This document shows, one piece after another, positions 45,752 to 53,577 of a stretch of 64,000 nt of DNA. Origin of the DNA: an uncultured delta proteobacterium (GTDB lineage Bacteria; Myxococcota; UBA727; VGSZ01); contig CAVZJB010000004.1 of NCBI GenBank assembly GCA_963775425.1, forward strand, positions 576,001-640,000, written 5' to 3'. A program made the position numbers and the translations under genes. How positions within the stretch are numbered: position 1 is the stretch's first letter; the number at the start of each line of letters is the position of its first letter. The notes beneath the pieces are model-generated. The model did not search any database. It had not been told where the DNA came from and worked only from the letters and a program-made list of their open reading frames with translations.

Positions 45752-47631
45752 GGCCGCACCTTCGCGCGCCGGTACAAGCGCCAGTGCGCGCCGCGCACGA
45801 CGACGTCGCCGGGGACGCGGGTGAAGCGCGCGGCGTCGTCGAGCGCCGGCAGGGCGCGGGCCTCGCGCTCGGTGACGAAGACGAGCGACACACCGAGGAC
45901 GTCGAGGTCCGCCTCGGTCAGGCGCGGAAACACGCGCCTGCGCGCGGCGTGCAGGCGGTCCGCCCGCGCGCGGTCGAGCAGGTAGCTCGGGTTCTTGCGC
46001 CAGTCGCGGCCGGCGACGAGGAAGCCGAGCTGCGCGATGTCCTCGTGGCTCGTGAGGAACCTCTCGTCGCGCCCAATCTCGCGGCCGTGCGCGTCGTCGA
46101 GGACGGTGCCGATGGCATCGGGAGGAAACTCGCGGTACGCCGGCGCGATCACCCCGTTGAGCGCGCCGTGGCGCAACAGCCACACGGAGGCGGACGACGT
46201 CGACACCAGCGCGACGACGACGGCCAGGCCGCGGGCGAGCGCCCGCGCTCCCGTGCGTGGCCCGGCGAGGCCCCACGAGGCCGCGAGCAGCCAGGCGAGC
46301 AGGATGTTGGCGAAGAACGCTCCCGCCGCGAAGAACTTCACGATGTCCCAACTGCGCGCGTACGACGCCACGTTGGCGACGATGAAGCCCGCGGCGCCGG
46401 CGACGACGAGCGCCGCCAGGAGCGGGGCGGCGCTCGCGCTCTTCCCGCCGCGAACGAGCGCGACCACGAGCACGACGAGCGCGACCGGCACCGCGAGGAG
46501 CGTGGGCCCGAACAGCGACAGGTTGTGCAACAGCAGCGCGCCGGCGGGGTCGTGGAAGTACCCCCGGCCGACGGTGATGGCGTCGAGCGCGCCGCCGCCG
46601 CGCAGGACGCCGCCGAGCATGAAGCCCGCGGCGCCCGCGGCGGCGAGGAGGGCGAGGCGCAGGGCGAGGACGCCGACGGCACGGCCGAAGGGGCGCGGAG
46701 ACCGGGCGGCGTCGACGACGACGGCGGCGCCGAGCGCGAGGCCCGTGAGGCCGAAGTACACGGTCTGCGCCTGCGCGAGCAGCGCCGTGACGACGGCGGC
46801 GGCCAGCACACGGCGCGTGGTGACGCCGGCGCCGGTGGCGACGAGCAGGGCGGCGAGGGAGATGGGCATGCCGAGGCCCTGCGGGTGCTGGAAGAAGTTC
46901 GAGATCACCGCGGGCGGCATGGTGGTGGCGCCGTTCCACGACGCAGGGAACCAGTCGGCGCACACCATGTCCGGGATGGCCCAGCCGCCGGCGAGGCACA
47001 TCGCTCCCGGGCCGTAGCCGAGGAGGCCGACGAAGACGGCGAAGGCGGCGCCGGCGCGGCCGGCGAGCGCGCGCCCGGCGTCGGCGAGGATCCACAGGAG
47101 CGCCGCGAGGCAAACGCTGGTGACGACGTCGCAGCACGCGTCGATGCGCCACCCGCTGAAGGCGTGGAGGGTGCCGACGAGGACGTCGTAGCCGATGTGG
47201 TAGCGAAACGGCGCGCCCGGGAAGTACGGCTGGGACGGCGGCAGGAGCCCGCGCGCGATGAGCGAGCCGACGCCGAAGTGCGTGCTGTCCTCGTCCCACA
47301 GGTACGTGGTCCACGCGCACCACAGGCCGCCGGCGAAGACCAGCCCGCCGAGGAGCCACGCGGCGGGGTCGCCGCCGGTGGTGAACAGCGGCCCCCGCAG
47401 GCGGCGGCGCGCGTAGAGGAAGGCGGCCGGCGCGGCGAGGGCGGCCACGACGAGCGCACCGCCGACGACGCTGTGCAGCGGTCGGCCGCACAGCTCCGGC
47501 AACACCGCCAGCACCGCCAGCGACGACGCGAGCCCGACGGACGCGCGCTCTTCGCCGGCGCGCGCGAGCGCCTCGCGCACACCGGCGACGACGACGGCGA
47601 CGAGGACCATCAGGAGCAAAGCGCCGGCCAC
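45748..47631 (-). CDS. polytopic membrane protein (GT-C-like)
   Basis: More than ten hydrophobic segments; WDEDS.H..PP..PYFPG..F.YH.GYD loop. Confidence 0.72.
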   Translation of the reverse strand: MAGALLLMVLVAVVVAGVREALARAGEERASVGLASSLAVLAVLPELCGRPLHSVVGGALVVAALAAPAAFLYARRRLRGPLFTTGGDPAAWLLGGLVFAGGLWCAWTTYLWDEDSTHFGVGSLIARGLLPPSQPYFPGAPFRYHIGYDVLVGTLHAFSGWRIDACCDVVTSVCLAALLWILADAGRALAGRAGAAFAVFVGLLGYGPGAMCLAGGWAIPDMVCADWFPASWNGATTMPPAVISNFFQHPQGLGMPISLAALLVATGAGVTTRRVLAAAVVTALLAQAQTVYFGLTGLALGAAVVVDAARSPRPFGRAVGVLALRLALLAAAGAAGFMLGGVLRGGGALDAITVGRGYFHDPAGALLLHNLSLFGPTLLAVPVALVVLVVALVRGGKSASAAPLLAALVVAGAAGFIVANVASYARSWDIVKFFAAGAFFANILLAWLLAASWGLAGPRTGARALARGLAVVVALVSTSSASVWLLRHGALNGVIAPAYREFPPDAIGTVLDDAHGREIGRDERFLTSHEDIAQLGFLVAGRDWRKNPSYLLDRARADRLHAARRRVFPRLTEADLDVLGVSLVFVTEREARALPALDDAARFTRVPGDVVVRGAHWRLYRRAKVRP

Positions 47632-47855
47632 GGCGGCCGCAGCCTACAGCGCCGACGACGCGACGTGGTCAACCGACCCGGGGGCGCGCGTCGTCGGGGA
47701 CGCCTCGTGGCCGCATGCGGTCGCGGCAGCGCGGGTGCCCGCGGGGGCCGGGCGTGCGGCTCGCTCGCGCCGTGACCCCAGCGCGTTGTCGCCCTCGCGC
47801 GCACGTGGGACAAGCGTCGTCGACGCCGGCGCGAGTCGGCGCAGACGGAGCGATC

Positions 47856-50441
47856 ATGGCGGCGCGCCCCTGGACCCTCGGCATCGACCTCGGGACCACC
47901 AACTCGACGGCGGTCGTGTTCGACGGCGAGACCCTCGAGCCCGTGCGCACCTCGGCCGGCTCCTCGCTCACGCCCTCGGTGGTTCGCATCACGGCCCAGG
48001 GCACCGTCGTCGTCGGGGAGCGCGCCAGGCGCTTCCTCGAGCGCGACCCCGACAACACCCACGGCGGCTTCAAGCGCCTGCTCGGCACCTCGACCACCAT
48101 CGCGTTCCCCGCGTCGGGGCAGACCCGCCGCCCCGCGGACCTCTCGGCCGAGGTGCTCCGCGCGCTGCTCGCGGACCTCGCCGCCAACGGCCGCCCGGCG
48201 CCGACGCGCGCCGTCGTCACCGTGCCGGCCCTGTTCGAGCTGCCGCAGACCGAGGACACCGCGCGCGCGGCAAAGGCCGCCGGGCTCAAGGACGTCGAGA
48301 TGCTGCAGGAGCCCGTGGCCTCCGCGCTCGCCGGCGGCTTTCGCACCGACGGTGAGGGCTGCTGGCTCGTCTACGACCTCGGCGGCGGCACCTTCGACGC
48401 CAGCCTCGTCGTCGGCGAAGAGGGCATGCTCTCGGTCGTCGGCCACGACGGCGACAACTACCTCGGCGGCCGCGACTTCGACGCGCTGATGGCCGCGCTC
48501 ATCGCCGAGCGCATGGCCGACAAGACCGGCGTGCGCATCGAGCCGAAGGACCCGGCGCACCAGGCCGCCTGGCGCGCCCTGCTCGCGCTCGCCGAGGACG
48601 CCAAGATCGAGCTGTCGCGCTCCACGCGCGCGGCGGTCACCAGCGACGAGCCCCTGTCCGTGAACGGCAAGGACGTCGAGGTCGACGTCGTCATCGAGCG
48701 CGGCGAGCTCGAGGAGCGCGTGGAGCCGCTCATCGAGCGCTCCATCGAGGTCTGCCACCGCCTCCTCGACGCGCACGGTCGTGAGTCCCTCGACCGCATC
48801 GTGCTCGTCGGCGGGCCCACCGCCATGCCCCGCGTGCGCACGCGCGTCGCGGAGGCGCTCGGCCCGCTCGCCGCCGAGTCGCTCGACCCCATGACCCTCG
48901 TGGCCCAGGGCGCGGCGCTGTTCGCGGCGCAGCGCGGCCTGTGGTGCTCCTCGACGGCGCCCGGCGCGGGCGACGTCGACGGCGCCGGCGCAGGGCGGCC
49001 CTCCCACCAGCGGGACGACGGCGAACGGGCCGACGGCGAACGGGCCGACGGCGAACGGGACGACGCTGAACGGGGCGACGGCGAACGGGGGGGCGCGGCC
49101 AAGGCGCTCCACCTGCGGGCGCCGCCGGTGTCCACGGACCTCCTGCCCTTCGTCGTCGGCTCCGTCGTCGATCCCAAGAAGGGCGCTCGCGTGTCGCGCA
49201 TCCGCCTCGTACGCGACACGAGCACGAAGACCGCCGTCGCGGTGCCGCCGTGGCAGAGCGCGTGGGTCGACGTCGACGAAGACGGCGGCTTCGCCGTCGG
49301 CGCCGAGCTCCTGCCCCGGCGCGGCAACACGTTCATCATCGAGGCCGTCGACGACAGCGGCGCGGCGGTGGCGGTCGAGCCCTCCACCGTGTCCATCCTG
49401 CAAGGCGTCACCATCGGCAATCCGCCGGTCTCGCGCAGCGTCGGCGTCGCCATGGCCAGCGGCGAGGTGCACATCTACCTCGAAAAGGGGCTGCCCCTCC
49501 CCGCGCGGCGCACCTTCGTGCATCACACCGTCGAGACCATCGTCCCCGGCGCGCCGGGCGCCGGGGTGCGCATCCCCCTCGTGCAGGGCGAGTACGGCGA
49601 GGCGCGCTTCTGCCGCCTCATCGGCGCGCTCGAGATCCACGGCGAGGACGTCGACCGCATGCTGCCCGCGGGCAGCGCCGTCGAGGTCACGCTCGAGCTC
49701 GATCGCGGCGGGCGCATGACCGCGCGCGCCGTGGTGCCGTCGCTCGAGCGCACCTTCGAGGAGATCGCCACGCTCGTCGTCCCCGAGGCCAGCGTCGACG
49801 TGCTCCAGCGCGAGGCCGCGCGCCTGCTCGATCGGCTCGGGCTCCTGCGCGCGCAGGCCGGCGACGACGAGATCGCGCTGACGCAGCGCCTCGCCGGAGA
49901 GCTCATCGAGCTCGAGCTGCTCATCGAGCGCGCCGCCGGCGGCGACGTCGAGGCGGCACAGCGCGCGCGGCGCGCGGCCATCGATCTCGAGGCGCAGGTG
50001 GCCGAGCTCGAGGCGCGCAAGAACTGGCCGGCGCTCGTGCAGGACGCGTGGGACGACGCCACGTGGGCCTCCATGTGGATCGCGCGGTACGGCAGCGACG
50101 TCGAGAAGCGCATGCTGCAGACGTCGCTCGACGGGCTCGAGAAGGCGCGGAAGAACCGCTCCGTGCGCGACCTCGAGCGGCAGCGCCGCTCGCTCAGGCG
50201 GCTCGGCAACGCCGCGTACCTGCGCCACGACAGCGCGTACATCGAGATCTTCGAGAGCTACGCGAGCCGCGTCCACGAGGCCACCAACCTCCAGGAGGCC
50301 AACAAGCTCGTCGAGAAGGGCCGCAAGCTCGCCGACGCCGGCGACAACGCCAAGCTCATCCCCATCGTGGAGCGCCTCCACCAGCTCCTGCCCTTTCGAA
50401 CCACCACGCGGCGCGACAGCCACGCGTCCGGCGTGCGGTGA
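47856..50441 (+). CDS. atypical Hsp70-family protein (~861 aa)
   Basis: GIDLGTTNS, TPSVV, AVVTVPA.F, EPVASAL, VYDLGGGTFD, LGGRDFD, AEDAKIELS, LVGG; extra domain and long helical tail, so not canonical DnaK. Confidence 0.93.
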   Translation: MAARPWTLGIDLGTTNSTAVVFDGETLEPVRTSAGSSLTPSVVRITAQGTVVVGERARRFLERDPDNTHGGFKRLLGTSTTIAFPASGQTRRPADLSAEVLRALLADLAANGRPAPTRAVVTVPALFELPQTEDTARAAKAAGLKDVEMLQEPVASALAGGFRTDGEGCWLVYDLGGGTFDASLVVGEEGMLSVVGHDGDNYLGGRDFDALMAALIAERMADKTGVRIEPKDPAHQAAWRALLALAEDAKIELSRSTRAAVTSDEPLSVNGKDVEVDVVIERGELEERVEPLIERSIEVCHRLLDAHGRESLDRIVLVGGPTAMPRVRTRVAEALGPLAAESLDPMTLVAQGAALFAAQRGLWCSSTAPGAGDVDGAGAGRPSHQRDDGERADGERADGERDDAERGDGERGGAAKALHLRAPPVSTDLLPFVVGSVVDPKKGARVSRIRLVRDTSTKTAVAVPPWQSAWVDVDEDGGFAVGAELLPRRGNTFIIEAVDDSGAAVAVEPSTVSILQGVTIGNPPVSRSVGVAMASGEVHIYLEKGLPLPARRTFVHHTVETIVPGAPGAGVRIPLVQGEYGEARFCRLIGALEIHGEDVDRMLPAGSAVEVTLELDRGGRMTARAVVPSLERTFEEIATLVVPEASVDVLQREAARLLDRLGLLRAQAGDDEIALTQRLAGELIELELLIERAAGGDVEAAQRARRAAIDLEAQVAELEARKNWPALVQDAWDDATWASMWIARYGSDVEKRMLQTSLDGLEKARKNRSVRDLERQRRSLRRLGNAAYLRHDSAYIEIFESYASRVHEATNLQEANKLVEKGRKLADAGDNAKLIPIVERLHQLLPFRTTTRRDSHASGVR
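49018..49090 (+). repeat. 15-bp coding tandem repeat (DGERA/D)n in the Hsp70 linker
   Basis: GACGGCGAACGGGCC-like unit, about 5 copies. Confidence 0.85.
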
Positions 50442-50495
50442 CATCATGACGACGCTTGCCGGCGCGCCGCGCGGGTGCGCAACCGCGAGGGCCCC

Positions 50496-50915
50496 ATGAT
50501 CGAGCGCGCTCGCTCCCTCCGGACGCCGATCGACCTCGAGCGGAACCCGTTTTTCGTGCTCGAGCTCGACGCCGGCGCCCGCGCCGTCGACGTCGATCGC
50601 CAGGGCAAGCGCCTGCTCGCGGAGCTCGAGCTCGGCCGCGCGAGCGCGGCGGCGTTCCCCTCACCGTTCGGCCGCCAGAAGCGCGACGAGGCCGCCGTCC
50701 GCGCCGCCATGGCGTCCCTGCGCGATCCACGCCTGCGCGCGCTGTACGCGCTGTTCGTCCCGCCGCGCGATCGGTGGAGCGACGCCGACGTCGACCCCGC
50801 GCCCGCCGCCGCGCCCCACGGCTACCCCGAGCTGCACGACGCCGTCCCCGCGCGCCGCTCTTGGCTCCGCGCGCTCCTGCGCGCGCCCGGCGAGCGTGAC
50901 GGGGAGCTGCCGTGA
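50496..50915 (+). CDS. J-domain-like protein lacking the HPD motif
   Basis: NPFFVLEL..A..DV.R..KRL (helices I-II) and VRAAMASLRDPRLRALY (helices III-IV). Confidence 0.65.
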   Translation: MIERARSLRTPIDLERNPFFVLELDAGARAVDVDRQGKRLLAELELGRASAAAFPSPFGRQKRDEAAVRAAMASLRDPRLRALYALFVPPRDRWSDADVDPAPAAAPHGYPELHDAVPARRSWLRALLRAPGERDGELP

Positions 50916-52486
50916 TCCCCATCTGGCCCATCCTGTTCGTCGCGTTGCGCGCCGCGCGCGCCGGCGGCCTCGCCAAGCCGGCGCGCGTCACCGTCGGCAG
51001 CGAGCGCATCATCGCCGTCGCCATCTGGGCCACCGTGTGGCCCCTCGTCGTGAGCTTCCTCGGCGTCCTGTGGGCGAGCGAAGGGCTGCTCCTGCGCCTG
51101 CTCACGGTGGTGGCGGCGGCGGCCGTCTCTCTCCTCGCCTTCCCCTGGCCGTGGGCGCGCTTCGTCTTCATCCCGCTCGGCCGCGTCAAGGCGGCGGCGC
51201 GCGTCACGCGCCTCAGCCTGTGGGCGTGGGGCGGCGATCGCGAGGGCGGCGCCGTCGTCGCCGGCGCCCTCGCCGTCGCCCGAAGGCCGGCGTCGGACGC
51301 CGCGCGCAGGGAAGCGCTCGCGTGGCTCGACGCGCGCGTCACCCGCGCGAAGGTCGCGCACGGCGCGCTGCTCCTCGGGCAGAGCCTGCTCGCGCGGCTG
51401 CGCGCCGATCACGCGCGCGCCGATCGGCTGCTCGCGGCGGTGGCGTTCCTGCCCGGCGAGATCGTCCCGGTGCCCGCGCGCGCGCTCGCCGGCGAGGCGT
51501 TCGTCGGCGACGCGCTCGCCCGCGGCGACCTGCGCCGGGCGGCGCGCGCCCACGCGAGCGGCTCCGTGCACGCCGCGCTGCTCGCAGCCTGCGCACGCGC
51601 CTTGACCGCGCCGCCGCCGCCGCCGCCCGCGGCGTCGCTCGGCGGACGCATCCGCGGCGTGGCGCAGCGTGCCCGCCGTGCCCGCCGCCGGGGCCGCATC
51701 GTGTGGCTCGCGTTGCGCGCGCGCCCGCGCTCCGCGTGGACCCGCCTCGTCGACGACGCGCTGGCCGCTTTGCGCGTCTCGCCCGGCGAGGCCGCCGCCC
51801 GCGCCCCGGTCGTGCCGCGCGCGCGCACGAGCGACCCTGTCGGCGCGGCGCTGGACGCCGACGCCGACGCCGGCCTCGACGCCACCGTCCAGGCGCGCGT
51901 CGACACCGCCGGGCTCACGCCGCCGCAGGCAGCCATGCTCTGGGCGGCGCACGCGCGCCGCCGCGGCGTCGCGCTCGACGACGACGAGCTCGCCGCCCTG
52001 GGCGAAGCCCTCGACGACGCCGCGTTCTCACTCACGCACGAGGCCGACACCGACGTCGCGCTCGTCGACGCCGCCACCGACGCCATGGTCGACGTCGTGC
52101 GCGCCGTCGCGTGGCCGCCGGTGCGCAAAGCCACCGTCTCCTCCACGCTCGCGCGCCTCGATGACGACAGCGGCGCCCTCGACGCCCTCTACGCGGTCTG
52201 CGAGCGCCTGCCGCGCAGCGAGCCGCTGCCGCCGGCGGCGGAGCTCGAGGAGTGGGCGCTTCTGCGCCTCCTGTACGAGGACGCGCTCGCGGACGCCGGC
52301 GCCGACGACGCCATGGCCCCTTGGGAGGCCCTCCGCGATCCCGTGTGGAACCACGGCGCGCGGATCTTCAACGCCGGGCAGAAGGGCGTCGGCCGCGCCA
52401 TGTTCCGCTTCCTCCTCGACGAGGCCGCGCGCCGCGGCGACGACAACGCCGTCAAGGGCATGAAGAAGAACCTGCGCGCGGCCTGA
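50912..52486 (+). CDS. membrane protein with helical (TPR-like) region
   Basis: GTGA overlap with the upstream gene; 2-3 N-terminal TMs; Ala/Arg-rich helices; ordered-looking C-terminal domain. Confidence 0.75.
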   Translation: MIPIWPILFVALRAARAGGLAKPARVTVGSERIIAVAIWATVWPLVVSFLGVLWASEGLLLRLLTVVAAAAVSLLAFPWPWARFVFIPLGRVKAAARVTRLSLWAWGGDREGGAVVAGALAVARRPASDAARREALAWLDARVTRAKVAHGALLLGQSLLARLRADHARADRLLAAVAFLPGEIVPVPARALAGEAFVGDALARGDLRRAARAHASGSVHAALLAACARALTAPPPPPPAASLGGRIRGVAQRARRARRRGRIVWLALRARPRSAWTRLVDDALAALRVSPGEAAARAPVVPRARTSDPVGAALDADADAGLDATVQARVDTAGLTPPQAAMLWAAHARRRGVALDDDELAALGEALDDAAFSLTHEADTDVALVDAATDAMVDVVRAVAWPPVRKATVSSTLARLDDDSGALDALYAVCERLPRSEPLPPAAELEEWALLRLLYEDALADAGADDAMAPWEALRDPVWNHGARIFNAGQKGVGRAMFRFLLDEAARRGDDNAVKGMKKNLRAA

Positions 52487-52489
52487 GCG

Positions 52490-52933
52490 CTACGTCGGCA
52501 CCCGCGGCGGCAGGTGCAGCGCGAGCGGCCGGCGCGTCGGGGCGGCGGCGCCCAGGGTGGCCACGAGCGCGCTCGGGACCGCGCCGGCGACGGCCGTTGC
52601 CACGTGCGCCGCGGCCGTCTTGCCGATGAGCACGCTCGCGGCCCCCGCCTGCTGCGCCGCGGCGAACGTCTCGATGTCGCCGTCGTCGGCGAGCACGATC
52701 AGGGGCGCCGTCGACTCTTCGCGCAGCCATTCGAGCGGCGCGCGGCCGAAGGCGCGGCGGCGCGCGTCCAGGACAATCGCCGCCGGGGGGCGTTGCCCTC
52801 GCGCGGCGAGCCGCCACACGAGGGCGAGGTTCGTCGGCGCGCGCGTCACCGCGAAGCCGGCGCGCGTGAGAGAGTGCGCGACGGTCTCGGTGAGGGCCGC
52901 GTCACCGCTCGCGACGACGATGGTGTCGTTCAT
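52490..52933 (-). CDS. degenerate single-domain response regulator receiver
   Basis: TIVVASGD, L...GF.V, PAAIVLD, PLIVLA, AQQAGAASVLIGK. Confidence 0.65.
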   Translation of the reverse strand: MNDTIVVASGDAALTETVAHSLTRAGFAVTRAPTNLALVWRLAARGQRPPAAIVLDARRRAFGRAPLEWLREESTAPLIVLADDGDIETFAAAQQAGAASVLIGKTAAAHVATAVAGAVPSALVATLGAAAPTRRPLALHLPPRVPT

Positions 52934-53121
52934 CCCGGGTCCTCGCGCTCGGATGTGGGCGCATCCTCCGCCGGCGCCGGCCGGCCCTCCGCGCTCGCGG
53001 AGGCGCGCTTGGCGCGCAGCCGCTGCCGCCGCGCGGCGACCACCGCGCGCAGGTCGAAGAAGGCCCGCCGCCGCCGCCCTTCGTTTCCTTCACTCACCTG
53101 GGTCATGGCCGCTCTCCTCAC
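52930..53121 (-). CDS. small basic hypothetical protein
   Basis: 4-bp overlaps with both neighbours; otherwise unsupported. Confidence 0.4.
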   Translation of the reverse strand: MRRAAMTQVSEGNEGRRRRAFFDLRAVVAARRQRLRAKRASASAEGRPAPAEDAPTSEREDPG

Positions 53122-53441
53122 ACGAACGCGGGGGCGTCGTGCCTCCGTGCGCGTCGCCGCCGCACGCGTCGATCATGGGATCGTGTCACTTGCGACACGA
53201 GGCGTTCGAAGACCGTGTCGACGGCGTGGACCATGTCGTCGGAGCCGGCGCGCGCCACGAAGCGGCAGCCTGCCACCGTCCCGATGGCTTCCACGTCGGC
53301 GAAGCCGGCGTCGTGACCGCACACCACCCGCATGCGGCAATCCGGGTCGAGCTTCTCCGCGACCGCGCGGGCGCGTCGCTCGATGTGCTCGAAGACCGCC
53401 GGGCTCGCGTCCGCGTGGCGAAACGAGACGTTGAGATCCAT
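53118..53441 (-). CDS. HPF/RaiA (sigma-54 modulation / S30AE)-like protein
   Basis: MDLNVSFRHADASPAVFEHIERR..DDMVHAVDTVFERL..QV; strong GAGGAGG RBS. Confidence 0.72.
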   Translation of the reverse strand: MDLNVSFRHADASPAVFEHIERRARAVAEKLDPDCRMRVVCGHDAGFADVEAIGTVAGCRFVARAGSDDMVHAVDTVFERLVSQVTRSHDRRVRRRRARRHDAPAFV

Positions 53442-53577
53442 TCGTCCTCCTCGGCGCGCCGACTGGCGCCACGTCGTTTCAATCACGTGGTACGCACCGG
53501 GATTCCGGGGTCGACCCACGGCCACGCGTGCGGAGATCCGCCTCCCGTGCGCGATGGCGCAGCCGGGCATGAGCCTG

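Noticed and set aside
45752-47491. N-terminal extension of the 1089-aa ORF
   Set aside because: Arg-rich off-frame read of the 45748-47631 gene; the real start is GTG 45751
47856-50441. Calling the gene dnaK
   Set aside because: It lacks the canonical linker and size, and has no grpE/dnaJ context
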